A stretch of DNA of 64,000 nt. Source: the human T2T-CHM13v2.0 reference genome, Homo sapiens. The translations under genes and the position numbers were made by a program. Position 1 is the stretch's first letter, and each line of letters opens with the position of its first letter. Below are positions 35,491-51,074 of the stretch, piece after piece. The notes beneath the pieces are model-generated. The model saw nothing but the letters and a program-made list of their open reading frames with translations. It did not search any database and was not told the origin of the DNA. The stretch is taken from the NCBI RefSeq assembly GCF_009914755.1, contig NC_060939.1. One strand, written 5' to 3'.

Positions 35491-35529
<39 letters not shown>

Positions 35530-35530
35530 T
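35491..35530. repeat. (TG)n microsatellite
   Basis: Read directly. Confidence 0.95.
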
Positions 35531-37213
35531 ATGTTAACCTGAGATTATGTCTACTTTTTATAATGAAAAGGAAGTATCCTCCTTTTTCTATTTACTAGGT
35601 TAATTTTTAAAATGTGGGTAGATAGTGAATGGTCTGTTCTACATCTTTCAGGTGACACATATGAGGTGTTTTTTTTTTGATCCACTTATGCCATGAATCA
35701 TATTAACACATTTCCTAATATTAAGCCAGTTTTTATTTCTGGAATACAGTATTAGGTGAGTGTATTTCAAGTATGTTATTGAGCAGTGAACTCAGTTTGT
35801 CAGTAGTTTAGTGAAATGTTTATATTTGTAAGTTTGGTCTGTAGTTTTTTGTGTATATTTGTATTTGTGGAGTTTTGATATCAGCATTATATTAGTTGCA
35901 TGAAACAAATCACAAATTAGGGGATGGTTTTATTGTTATCTATTCTGTTTAAATGGCATAGGAATTTTCTGGTCCCTAAAATTTTGGATATTAGCATCTA
36001 TGAAATCAGCTATATTTGGTTAGTTGTTCATTGTTATTGTCCCTTTCAGGTTCTTTTTACTGTTTCTTATGTCAGTTTTGGTACTTCATGCTCACAGATA
36101 ATCAGATTGACTATCCAGTTTATTTGTAATGGAGACCAGTATTAATACTGACAATACTCATGACAATAATTAATATCAGGGCTTACTATGTGCTAGAAAT
36201 TATACTAAATTTTTGGACGTGATTATCTTCTTTATTCCCTGCCAGGTGAGATACATACATTTCACAGATGGGAAAATTGACACAAAGATTAAGTAACTTT
36301 TCATGGTCCCAAAATAATATTTATTCAGATGAGATATTTATCTACTTCTGTATCTTTAGTTTATTTAAACTCTTTGTTTCCATATTGCTTGAGTTTTTTC
36401 CTTTTCTCTTGATGTCTTACTGATGATTTGTTACATTGTATCTTTCCTTCTACCCTTAAAGACCCCATTCTTTATATATTACAGTCTTCTAGTATATTAT
36501 GTATTATCTTTAAGTCTTGGTTCCTGCTTATCATAGATGATTTTATATTTTAATTTTTAATTTAGATTTGATTTGTTTTCTTCTCAAAGGAAATCATTTA
36601 TGGTCTGAATCTTAGTAAAATTTGGACTGAATTTCTTTGATTTGATACGCTATATTCTGTTTATCATATTTTTATGTGTACTCTTATTCAACGCTTTGCA
36701 ACCAGTGGATTACAGTTGCCTTTTACAGATGTGACAAGCCACTGATTTCTTTAGCTCTTGAAGCTGCTGAGCAGGTTATGGGAAGGTGGGAGTTCCCTTG
36801 TCTATCACCCAGATCAGATTGTTAGCATACAGGTTGATAAAATGCTTATTTTACAACTTAAGATGTGTCCATTAATTCTCATTTTCACTGTCTGAAGTAA
36901 TTGGCAATGACTAAGTTCTTTTGAATACATAGATTAATACAGTTTCATAATCTAATGACTGTTTATCTACTAATAAGCCCATTGCTGCTGTAGATATTAT
37001 ATAAGAACAAAGGATTCTTTGATGGGAATTACCTTCCCCTCCATCTTCAAAGAGTACATTCCTCTTTTACTCTTAAATGACATTTAACAATGTAGAGACC
37101 AGATAATTAGGGAAGATGAAATAGGAGATAATTGGAACAGTTTTTTTGAAATTTGTCAGTTAAAGAAGGAGCAAAATGGATTAACAGTTTGAAGGAATAG
37201 TTGAGTCAAAGGA

Positions 37214-37241
37214 GTGTGTGTGTGTGTGTGTGTGTGTGTGT
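37214..37241. repeat. (GT)n microsatellite
   Basis: Read directly. Confidence 0.95.
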
Positions 37242-38619
37242 CTTTGTATTTACTGGAGTTTGATTATACTTGTTGTATCAGTGGAAAAGAGGTAGGAAAA
37301 GAGGAAAAATAAAAGATGCAGTGAAAAACTTAAATGATTAATAATACAAGGTTTATAGTCTCTCCCAACTCAACAATGTAGAAAACATAACAATCTGTTA
37401 AGAAGAAGGAAGGTTTGGGACAGAATAAGATTCCGAAAACTGGTAGATGCATGGAAAAGCCACAACGAGCATTTGCTAGCAAATCATTAGATTATACCTT
37501 GACTAAATTGGACGGTAATGAGGTTCTGGGAAGAAGTAGAGATAGGGAGTCCAGTGAGCATTACATAGACATTGAAATATAAGACTGTTTTGAGTAAAGT
37601 GCCAGAGGGACTATAGGCTATTCATGATTGGAGGCTTCCCTAGTTACAAGCTTGGAGAAAATGCTTGTGAGACCATCTTCTCTCAAGCATTAGGTCCTCT
37701 TGCTTCTTGTTGGGAAAGAGGGGACAGTCTGCCCTGCCATAGAGCCACCTCCTGCAAACTCAGCTGATAGGCTTGTTGCAATTTCTTCATTTCCATCTGT
37801 GGTTTTGGCCCTACTAATCCTATTTCAGGTACAGTAGTTGAAAAAGTGAACAATTGTATTTAGAACTTGCACATAATAATGAATAGACTGCAGATCATAT
37901 TCTCTTCCAAAGATATGCTGGAAACATACTTCGTGAGTTGAGTATTTATCAGCATAGTTGTCATGCGAACACTGGGCAGGCCAGAGAGGCCAGAGCCTGG
38001 AATTTAGCTAAACTAATAAGACACTAGCAGGTCAAATGTCAGATATAGGAAGGAGGAAAGAGTAGGTGGGCGGTAATGAGCCAAGCAAAGGTCATGCTCA
38101 AGGAACAGATAGTGAGACATTTGACCTCTATTCTTAGTATTTTTTAGCACATGACAGAATGGGGAAATAATTTGACATTTATATGGTTTCATGCAGGTTG
38201 GGAAGATATCCTTGATGGTTCACACAATGGTCTTCTTGTTGATAAGTTCAGATTTGATTTTTTCCAACAGAAAAGCAAGTGATTGTCAAAAGGGTTTTGA
38301 AGAAGGTGGAAATATACTCTCTTATGCCCGTAAATTGATACAGTCTGATTGGAGTGCAAGTTGTAAGGCAGGGGTAAATTGGTTAAGTAGATTTTTTTTT
38401 AATTTCCAAAAAGAAAGGTATTTTTTTAAAGACTATGAAGATAGCTTGGGGGAAAGGTGATTTTCAGTTATAACAGTAAGTATGAATTTTGAGTAGTGGC
38501 AGTTATTATAAAGACTTGGCAGGTCTTTCGGTCTTTCCAGAAAATGTAAAGTATATGATTAGGAGAAAGGTGATATTGGATAGAGAAACATGTTTCTAGT
38601 ATGACCTGAAACATGACAT

Positions 38620-39600
38620 GTGGCAGACATTAGATGTGAAGTAATCAAGGAAATGCATTTTAAAATCTCGGTGAGATGTCCTTTCATAACCATTAAAATG
38701 ACAGAAATGTTAAAATCTGACAATGTTCTGTGTTACAGATATGGAGCAGTGAAAACATTTGTAAACTGTTGTTGTAAATTGATATAACCACTTTAAAAAA
38801 TACTTGACAACAGGGTGTAGCAATCCCACTTCTAGGTGTGTATCTTAGAGGAGCTTTAAGTACACTCTTGAACAAAGAGACATGTACAAAGATATTTATA
38901 GTAGCACTGTTTATGAAAGCAGAAAAAGGGAAGCACCCTAAATATCCATTGGCAGAAGAATGGATAAGTAGATTATGGTGCACAATGGAATATTATACAT
39001 TCGTGAAAATGAATGAAGTACATTATATGTATCAACTTCAGTCAGTCTCACAAATATAATTAATTTTAAAAACAAGCAAGTTGCAGACAATTTATATAAA
39101 GGTTAAAAATATATGGCTGGGCGTGGTGGCTCACGCCTGTAATCCCAGTGCTTTGGGAGGCCGAGGGGGGCAGACTGTGAGGTCAGGAGTTCAAGAATAG
39201 CCTGGCCAACATGGTGAAACCCCGTCTCTACTAAAAATACAAAAATTAGCCGGGCGTGGTGGCGGATGCCTGTAGTCCCAGCTACTCGGGAGGCTGAGGC
39301 AGAGAATTGTTTGAAACCTGGAGGTGGAGATTGCAGTGAGCCAAGATCGCGCCACTGAACTCCAGCCTGGGCGACAGAGTGAGACTCCTTCTCAAAAAAA
39401 AAAAAAAAAATCCAAAAATGAAACCATGTAAGTGCTGTATATTGTTTAAGAACAGATATATATGTAATAAAAATAAATGCACAGAGAGATAAACAGCAAG
39501 TACAAGATAATGGGTATCTTGAGAGAGGACATGATTGCAGAGAAGTACACAAATATTGGTTAAGGTCTGTTCCTTAAGATGAGTAGTGGGCCTATATTGT
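38620..39600 (+). mobile_element. Old L1ME-like 3' fragment, split by an Alu
   Basis: gcaatcccacttctaggtgtgtatc, acatgtacaaagatatttatagtagcactgttt, cacaatggaatattatac. Confidence 0.75.
39115..39410 (+). mobile_element. AluS
   Basis: Full-length with A tail. Confidence 0.95.
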
Positions 39601-39609
39601 CTGTTTTAG

Positions 39610-39918
<309 letters not shown>

Positions 39919-40134
39919 TTACCTTTTTTTATATCTTAAATATTATCTAATTTTTTCTTTAAAAATTTAAGGAATAATATTAGTATATTTCCTTGACATT
40001 GTTGATGCTGTCTTGTAGAATTTATCCCATATAATTGAGTGGAGAGGTAAAAAGTGTTTAATTTGGAAATAGAATATTTTGGGTTAAATTTCTAGTTCAG
40101 CTAACTTTTTAGCCTTGTAGCCCGGGGCAACAGG

Positions 40135-40205
40135 CCTCTCTGATCTTCTCTTCAACCTCTCTGATCCTCTCTGATCCTCTCTTCAACCTCTCTGATCCTC
40201 TCTTC
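40135..40205. repeat. Compound minisatellite of cctctctgat and cctctcttcaa units inside a MIR
   Basis: Read directly. Confidence 0.85.
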
Positions 40206-41728
40206 TGCCTCACCGATCCTTGGTTTCTTATTTGTGAGCTGAGGATCATGGAAGGCAGCTCTGAAGATCCAGTGGGATGATGCACATTATTTTGTTTAAA
40301 AAAAAATCAAAAGGCAAAATGTTAATTAAGCAACGTCATTGTTATCATTGATTTCCTTGGGAAGTATTATCATTAATAAATAGACCTCCAAAGTCACACA
40401 TAAAGAAAGAAAATGGTAAGTGAAGCACTTAATTATGAAGATTAAAGAATGCTTTCCACTTTTAAAAAATATGTCATTTATTTAAATGCAGTTCTTTTTT
40501 TATCCAGAGAATTTAAGTAGGCTACTAGAAAAGTAGGAAAAGAGTACTTTTCTGGGGGAAAAGTACTAAAGTACTCTTTTGTTCTAGTGAAGTTGATCTG
40601 AAAGACGTCCTCCAGCAATATATGTAGAAAAGAAATCAGATTCACTGTCTGTTGCTGAAACTCTGACTTTCCCTCTCCATTCCTATTCAGTGTTGCAAAG
40701 ATTCAAAACTTTTTGATAGCTTTTAAGAGGAAGTTTGAAATTGCACAGGTGATAGAGGGAATTAGTTTTTCTGAGAACCAAGGCAAAAGGAGTGAATCCT
40801 TAAAACTCCTGAATTGTCAACATTGATGTTGGAGCCCCACTCCAGATTCGGGTTGGAGTGTGACTCCGCAAGTAGACATTTTGGAGAAGGAGGAGTGGCT
40901 GATGCAGAACCTGTGGCTTAAAGTAGGAGGAGGGAGAGAGTTTTCTACTGGGAGGCATATGTATTAATACAAGCTTACAGACAAAGTGGAGAAGGAAACA
41001 GTAGTAACCATATTGTCCCAGATTCTTCTCTGACAAGCCATATGCCTGTTCAACAAAGCCATTAGCTGTGTGGGGTAGATTCAGAGTGAAAGTTTGAGTT
41101 CTTTTTTTTTTTTTTTGCAAGAAGTTATTAACTATAAAAATGGGCATATGTTCTTCTAAAATGATATTCTGACAAAATAATGGTTCACAAATACAAAGCA
41201 GCCCACACAATTGCAGTATAATTTGTTTTATTAAAATAAAAGGATATATATATATATATTTTTAAGATATCATTTACAAGGAAAATCCTCAACTGAACCT
41301 CCAGAATTATATTAAGAGCAGTAGGGGGTTGAAAGCACGTAGATTCTTCCTGGAATAAAATACATTATGGTCTTTTAAAAAAATACTTGGCCTTTTTCTG
41401 GTTTTATACATGGAGTGAGGAGAGTTAGTTATCTTTGCTTAGGGAAGAAAGTCCCCCTCTCCTTTGTAGATGAGCACAGAGCTTTTACCTTCCTAACACC
41501 CAGACCTGCTGATTTAGAGAGGACTAACTGCAAATTCCCTAAGGACTGGGCCTCCCAAATCTTCACACTTAATTATTCCTGGTGAAGATCTCTTGAGTGT
41601 TCAGTGTATATTGGTTGAATGCATGAATCAATTAATCACTTAATAAGCTTAGGCGAGGGAATACATGAGCAGCCAGAAGCTATTTAGTGTTCATCATTTA
41701 TTTCTTCAAAGTTTAAAATATTCTCAGG

Positions 41729-41930
41729 CAGCCTGGGCAACATAGTGAGACCCCGTTTCTACAAACAATAGAAAAATAAAAAAACAGGCATGGTGGCACT
41801 TGCATGTAGTCTCAGCTACCCAGGTGGAAGATTGCTTGAGCCCAAGAGGTTGGAGCTACAGTGAGCTGTGATCGTGCCACTGTACCCTGGCCTGGGTGAC
41901 AGAGTGGAACACTGTCTTAAAAAAAAAAAA
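41729..41930 (+). mobile_element. 5'-truncated AluJ-like element
   Basis: cagcctgggcaacatagtgagaccccg ... gattgcttgagcccaagagg ... A tail. Confidence 0.88.
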
Positions 41931-41992
41931 TCTCAAGTACATAAGGGAGATAGAAAGTATAGAAATATTTCTTTAGAAGTGAACACATTGGC

Positions 41993-42395
<403 letters not shown>

Positions 42396-45214
42396 TTAAT
42401 GTGTTCGGATTATTCAACTCCCAGAGCCAAGATGATGTTATCACTGGGGATTTTTTGTTTAGCTCAGATAGTACACTGAAACTAACTGGTTCTTCCTGCC
42501 CTCACTGTGTTCTGGGAGGCTCCCAGGTATGTCCTGGACTGAAAAAGGCGAGGCCGTTTGATGTTAGAGAAGCAGAAATATTCTGAGTATCTTTCTGTCC
42601 TTTTCTCTGTGCCATGGTCCAGTCAACAGGAGGGGAGAACATTGTCCTAGGCTTTTGTAAAGCCAAGATTACCCCCCAGAAGCTGCTTGGAGCCGGTTTC
42701 CAGTCTCCTGAGCTAAGGTTGCTCCCAAGGGAAGGCAAGACTCAATTGCCTCTGCCTAAAGTTGTTATTTTGTATAGTATTCTCATAGGTGTGCTGTATA
42801 GACTTAAGCTCCACTACTGCTTTCTCTCTTTTTTAAAAAAATTCTCTTATTTTCTACCATTTATTTTGGCATTTGTACTCTTCCTTGCGTTTTTCTTTGA
42901 ATGTTTTACGTTCTATAACTCTCATGTGCCTGGCTAAGCCTTTCTAGGGCATGACCCAGGTAACGCATAAGCTGGGTATTCAGGTTTGTTTTTTTCCCGA
43001 TGCATAGGTGTTGTGCCAGCACAGTATATCAGATAAACTTGCCCCTGCCCCTGCTTCCTTCCCCGCTGTTTCACTACCACGTTTCCCACACATACTGTAG
43101 TTTGTTTCTGGATGCTGTTTTCTATTCTGATGTATTTGCCAGCCTGTATTGTTTGATTTTGAGGGTATCAATAATTCATTTTTGAATCTGGTTCTGTCAC
43201 TTTTAGCTTTAATAATTGGGGGCTATTTTTAAACATTTATTCTATAGGAACTTGAAATGATTTTATCTCCTGCGATACATTAAATGTCTATGTTAAGACG
43301 TCTTATTTACAGAAGTAAATTATGACCACTCTTTTACTGTAAAGGTAATTATATAGAAAAAGCTAAGCAAGTTGCCTTCCTAGGGCTGACTCCTACAGGT
43401 GTTATCGGTGTATTCTTCCAGACTTCTATCTATGCATAATACATGCATACATAGTAAGAAATAAATTCATGTGTGTGAATTTAAATAAGTTCACTAGGGA
43501 GCTAAAGCTGGGACTGCAGCTTAAACCCAGCATTATGTTGTTCTGGTTTCTTTATTATTACCAAATAAATGATTTGAAACAGTTAAAATCATCCCAGCAC
43601 TAGTCTCTTTTGAGGGAGCGGCCTTTTCCATTTTCATACAAGGTCTTATTTTGCCGGCCGCAGTCCTAGCTGTCTCCAATTGAGCCAGAAGGCAGCAGCC
43701 AGAACTACTTTTGCCTGAGGGTCTTCCCTGAGACAAAGACTTCTGCCCTTGGCCTTCTTACTCTCGGATATTTGTGAAGCCCAGGATCTCTCTCTCTTTC
43801 TCCCTCTCTCTCTCTCAACTTCTGGAGCAACCAACTGCTATCTTAGTGTCATAAATTAATTCTAATATACCTGGGTGGCCTTTAATCTAGTTCCATTTTT
43901 CAAAGTTTTTGGCTTTTGGATAAGACCTTTTCCTGCATTGACATAGCCTCTCCCTAATTGTACCTGTTTTTGGAGTTGGGATTTGGAGGTGGAGGGATGT
44001 GAGAGAGGGAGGAAGGAATATAAGGTGTCTTTTATAAGCCTTCCTTTCTCAGGATCCAAAGTTTTTTAAAAAGAAAAGAAAACAGGTTTTTTTTAAAATA
44101 TGCAGTGAACTATTTTTTTCCTCTGAAAAATGAAACCTTTATTGGCTTAATTTTGTACCCTAATCATTTACTCCCATTTATTTTGTGCTTACTGTTTGGT
44201 TCTATATTGATCACTAGGTTAGGTTTCTCATACTGGGTGCTTAGTCTTCCAAATTATTTATAGGTGCTTCACAGTTGATCGCAAACTAGTAAATAAGGCA
44301 TCCTCTGGTAGGAGAAGCAGCACTGGATTTTACCAGTGGGAGCTCTGGCAAGTTGGCCACTTTGTGGGAATTTCCAGACCTGAATCTGCATCTGTGTAGA
44401 AGGAAGTTGAGGTAGATGAATCTCTATGGCCTTCCTTTCTCTCCTAGTTGGTTTTCCAAGATCCTTCCTCACCTTTTCCACTGCCCATGTCTTGGGTTTT
44501 CCTGTATTTCTTAGTTACGTTGCTGTTTTCAGTACCCTCTGTGCCCTCTTCTCTATCTGTGGATTGCTTTAAGTGACATTCAGACAGCCAGAGGTCCAGA
44601 GGCCATTTGACATAGAGGAATTCCATCCTTCCAAAGATCTCTTCTCATAAGCAGGAGTTTTTTGTTTTTTACACAAAACAAAACAAAACAGTTATCCTGA
44701 TTGGATCCATGAGGACTAGCTCACTTGGCTGTGCCTCAGGAGAGGTCCAGAATGACTTTCTTGGACTTGAACGAGCTCAGAAGCATTGGCACTTTCTCGT
44801 TTACACTGGCCTTGATTTTGGGTAGAGGTTGAGCAGGCTGAAGTCCCCTCTCTGAAGCCATCATTGGATGGTAAAATGCATCTGCAGCCAGATGTTCCAG
44901 CTCTAGCAGGGTCACAACTGCACTGAGATGAACACAAGGGGGCAGTCTTTCCCACAGAATTTCGTCAGATCAGAGCGGAATTGAGTGCAGTTTCAATGTG
45001 AGCGCATGCGTGAGCCTGTGCTCTGTCCACACTAGTGCTCGTGTGTAAAACGTGTAGCCTGTAACTCTGTTTATAAAGAGCCTCAGGGTGAAGGGCATAT
45101 GAATGCTGAGTAGATTTTGTGCTTCACTGTGCTACAGTTTCGTTAACACAACCCAGGCCTCCTCAGTGTAGGTTATAGACTATATCCCCCTGCCTAGCCC
45201 AGAGTCTTACACAT

Positions 45215-45278
45215 GGCAGGCAGGCAGGTTGGTAGGTAGGGCAGGCAGCAGGTAGGCAGGCAGGCAGGCAGGCAGGCA
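45215..45278. repeat. (GGCA)n/(GGTA)n tetranucleotide repeat
   Basis: Read directly. Confidence 0.9.
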
Positions 45279-46095
45279 CTTTTTATTATTGGAGGCTTAG
45301 AGATGACTGAATCATTAATATACAGGAGTTGAAATTGATTTAGCCTGCTGTTTCAACCTGAAGAATGACTTCAAAGCAGTCATTTAAATTTATTTTTGCC
45401 TTTTTTTTTTCATTCTCCTGCCCCTCCTACCTCTCTTCCAACTACTAAAGGCATTGTTTCAATTGTATATCTTTTCTTTTATTTTTGTTTTCTCTTCATC
45501 TTGGAAATTGAGTTATGGCTCCTTTGGTTGTTTGTAGTTGGAAAAAGCATTATTATGAAAATATATGCTGTTTAGTGAACAATGAAGCAGAATATAAAAT
45601 ATCACTAATATCCTGAACCCCCATGCAATTAGAAGCACATTGTCACTAGTTTTGTTTTATGTTTCCCAGATGACTGTTAATTTAGCAGTTCAGCACATAA
45701 TTGCATTGATGATCATATTTCAAAGGATTTGAGTCTATTGATTCAAGTGTAGAATTGAGGTAAAAGTTGTTATTCCTTCACTGTTGTATCTGAATTTGTC
45801 TTATTATTTGACTCTGTAATGGCTGGAAAAAATCTGAAAATCTGATATGCTTTGGAAATCAAAGGTAAATTTTATGTCCCCTGGGGGTAGGGGTAGGAGG
45901 GAAAGAGGAACTTTTTTTTTTTTTAGCTCTAAACAAAAGAAGCAATTAGTAGATTTATTGTATAATGGTTGTTTTTCTTCAAAACCACAAGTCTTCAATT
46001 TTTCTAAAACAATAGTAAATTTTCACTTTCTAAACAGTTTACGTAATCGGTTTCACCATATTTGCATATATTTTGTTAACTGATACTAACAGTGA

Positions 46096-46542
<447 letters not shown>

Positions 46543-48380
46543 TGACTTGCTCAACAAATTACACTATCCCAGCCATTGCTATATTTTGCTATATTAGCTA
46601 TAAGTTTATTTTCTGTGTAGTTGTAGAGCTGAGATTATTTGAAATACTGTTACTGATTCTCCTCACTTACTATGATTATTAAAAATGAAAATATGCTCTA
46701 ATGATTTTTGACACTGTGCATATAGAACCCTTGAGTTTCATAGGTTCTGTAGGCCCTTTCTCCTATAAATAAAGAATGTGAGACTCACAGAGAGGCTGGG
46801 TCTCCTCCAAGCTTGGGCAGCTGATAGTTTGAGAGTTGATAGAACTCAGGTCTTTCCCTTTGTAAGGGGCAAAACCACTGGAAAGGACAGGCAGAGAAAT
46901 AGCTGGGCTCCTCAAAAGGAAGAGAGAAGCTGACAGTGAGGATTTGTCAGTTCTGCTCAGTTTGGAAAGAGACGCTTCACTGTCTGCTTCTTCTGATCTT
47001 CCTGTGCTTCAGTTCTCAGCACTCGTGAATATACCACGATTTTCATGCCTCTGTGTCTCGGTACACGCTGTCTCTTCTCCTCAAGTGTTCTTTCTCCCTT
47101 CGTTGCCAGCTCAAATGTCACCTCTTGGAAGCCTTCCCCAACTGCGTCAGACAGATACATCTGGCTCTTTCCTTCCTTTGAGTTCCTATACTTCTTTTAA
47201 TAGATCTCTCTTAGAACATTGATTCCTTTACATTGTTTGTGTTTTCAGTTAGTGTCTCGGAGCTCCTGGGGCAAGGGTCCTCATTCTTCAGGCATATCTC
47301 TGACATTGAGCCTGGGTGCACTTTACTAGGATGCATGTTCAAGTGTGGGTGGGAATGAATAAATGAATGACTGTGTGCTCCCCTCCCAGGTGCTGCTTCT
47401 GAGCACAGAAATGGAATAGAAGTTTGAGCAGGAGGAAAATGGAGTCTGTGGAAGTTCTAGGAGATATTCTTACAGTTACTCATTAGTTTTTTGGCATTTA
47501 GCTTCTCGGTTACATATGGGAAAATTGAGGGACAGCAAATCACAAAGAGAGACTGGAGGTCCAGCTTATTAGGAAACTTGAGTTTCTAGGATGTGGCCAC
47601 CAGCTTGTGTACATCTTCGTTGATTCTAATGTTCACTGTGTTCCCCAAGAATTAATTTCTTCCAAGGGCCTACATCAGTTTAGAGGTGTAGAACTTGGAG
47701 TAGGCAACGAGGTTGGGTGTGTGTTTTTCATTAGTAGATATATTAATCTGCCCAGACATGAGATACACTAGCACTGTTCACAGCCTGAAAACACAGCTCT
47801 AAGAGTTTGTGGGTAACAGAACATTAGTCTTACTTAGGTCTTTCTAAATATCTTCACTCCTTAGAGTAACTTTGAGTGTTTTCTGGATTTGAGTTTGGCT
47901 CATTAAAGTCTGATTTCTACGTAATTCAGATACATCCAGAGTTTTTTGTATAATACATTTGAAAATTTTCCCCTTATGAGATTAGACAAATTTATAACTG
48001 AAACAAAGTTCGTTAAACCTGTGCTAAAATATAAAATTGTCTTTAAGAAAAGCCCAAACAGGTAGAAAGTGACAGTTTACTGTATAATTATAATGATAAT
48101 TTGAATGTATTGATATTCAACAATACATGATATAAAAATACAGTATTTCCCAAGGTCACGAATCATTACCAAGTTTAAATTTATTTTAAAATACAGCAGA
48201 TCCATAGTTTTGTTCTTTGTATTCATCATAGAAATTTTTTGTGTATTCTATTTTGTTTTCTTTGCCTCATTGATTACTAGATTCCGAAAACAGGACTGTG
48301 GGAAAGTAGAGAAGCTGAGCATTTGAACCCATTAACTTCATCTCTCTTTTTGAGGAAAGCAAGCTATTTATTTTCGTAAC

Positions 48381-48514
48381 TAGGGAGGCCTCATAACCTG
48401 GGTTGCTGAGGACATCCTGGTTTATGCCTGTCATCTTGGAGAAGTTATTAATAGTGTCGCCTTTCACTGTTCAAAATCCTAGCTTGGATGATGAGTTCTA
48501 TGTGGTCACCCTTA
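48381..48514. mobile_element. MER94-like hAT-Blackjack relic
   Basis: taggg ... ggacatcctggtttatgcctgtc ... ttattaatagtgtcgcctttcactgttcaaaa ... tggtcaccct. Confidence 0.65.
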
Positions 48515-50706
48515 TTATCACTGATATATTCTGTCCTTGATTATTTTATGCTTTGATTTTAATAATTCTGTAAGTGCATTTTTGACTATACTTTTCTGCA
48601 TTTTTAAATTCTCTGATGTTTTGGAAGGTATATCCTATTTTATTTCTATTAATAGCTGCTTTTTGTGTTTTTCAGATCATTCTTTAAATGTAAGTCAGTA
48701 CTGAAATGTTCTCCTTTGTGTCCTACCAATTTAAGACTTAGACATTATAAGTTATTTGAGAATGGCGCCGGATTCATTTTTGTGTCTCTGGCAGTATTTA
48801 GTAATCTGCTTTGGACAAAGTACTCAAGAAATATTTATGGAATGAATCTTAGGAAGCAGTTTGGTTTTATCAAAATGAAGAGCGAAATTTGGTCCAGTCT
48901 AGAATGGTATAGATACCTCCCGATAAAGGAACTGGGATTGTGCTTGGGCTGAAGATCCAATCCGCCCATTGGCACTACTGACCAAACCCAACTGTGGAAA
49001 AGATTTCAATGATCTGTTTTAAACTCACCTAGGGACTCCCAAGTGAGTTTTCAGTAAAGTCTTCTTCAATTAAAGTTCTTTCTCTAAGATTACACTACTG
49101 CTAAGTATAAAGACAAAGGAATTTTCCAGTGCCAAGCAAAGACAGACAGAGAGTAGCCTGGTTCAGCCACTGTGGCTGCCCACCATGTTAGTGACAGCAC
49201 TGTTTTCCAGAATGAGGAGAGTGAAGGCGGCGAGTTGGGTGGGAGAGCCCAAATGCAACAATAGTTTGCACGGCATGTAAAGAGTTCTTGAAAGAGGTTG
49301 AAGATTTTTGTAAGCACATTCAATTGATTGAGCCATGTGTATTTCCAAATAATAGATTTGTCCTCTTAATTTAAAGGAGACATATAATAGAAAGCTAGGT
49401 GTAGTCCCTAACAGTCAATCACTTACGAGCCAGAGGAGGGAAGAATGACCTTTTTCAGAATTTAAGTTGCAAAATACACCTTGTCCTCTGATAGGCAGTT
49501 TACAGTGCCTGACAAAATGAGTCATCTTTTTGTTTTGCCAAATTTTACTCTAGCTAAGTGCCTCCAAGCTTAGGCAAAATAAAGACAAGTTAACTGTTCT
49601 TAAATGTAATAATGCCATGGACTCTCATGAATAGAAGCCTTTGATAACTAGAAAATAGTTATCTTTGACTTTGTGTTCAAAGTATAGGGGTTGCTTATCT
49701 ATAAAGCTGGAAGGGGATATAATTGGTTATAGATAAGGAAGGATGTGCATGAATTGAGTTCAGGTACTTTCTAAGTCCTAAGTTACTGCATAGCTGCTTA
49801 ATACAGTGTCTAATACCTGATGGTGGTGCTCAGTATGTATTAATGGAATCCAAATTTCTTTCTCCACCAAGATCTCTGTCAAGTATATTTGATCATTAAC
49901 TGTTCCATTTTCAGGATCCAGTAGTCACAAACTGTAGCATAATCCTAGGGTGTTTTATCTTACATTTTAAAAAAGTACGTAATTTGATTTTTTGTGTTTT
50001 AAAAGCAATACCCATTCTTTGTTAACAAATTTAGCTGGTAGATTTTTATTTTGGTTTCACTCATTTGAATTTCAAAAGTTATACATGCTTATTGTGAAAA
50101 TCCAGACAATAAAGAAGTATCCAAATAACAGTCTCCTCATCTTTGCCACCACTTCTCTGATACAACCATTGATCACAAATCACCTTATAGCCTTCCATAG
50201 TTTTTCCTATAGTGCTCCCCTCACACACGTGCTTTTGTACTTTTTTTTCCTACCTCTCTTTCTTCTTTTTTTTTTTTTTTAATAAAAGTGGTATTGAATG
50301 TATTATCAGTTTGGTGCAGTTCAACAGATATGTATTGAGCTCTTGCGTACGTGGTGTCAAGAGCCACTGTACTATGAGTGTGTATAATCTCTGTCCCTGG
50401 GCAATTTCTCACATTCTCTTTTGTTGTATTTCAAATTCATTACTGTTGCTATTCTCTTTATAAGTTCACAAGGGCTTTCCACCTCATGGTGTTGTGAAAC
50501 CCAAATAATGTAATGTTTATTAAAGCACTTAGTTAAGCATAAAGCAGTGAGCTATGACTGCATGATTACTAAGAATTGGTTATCCATGAATAATTCTAAT
50601 TTTTGTCACTGCTAAAGGAAAATATGCTTCCTCTGCTTATATTTTAATTATTTCAGTAGGTTCCATATGTTTTCAAAACACCTGATTTTACTTACTGTAT
50701 TTTTAC

Positions 50707-51074
<368 letters not shown>

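Noticed and set aside
38838-39059. 73-aa ORF resembling the L1 ORF2 C-terminus
   Set aside because: A degraded old L1 fragment, not a gene.
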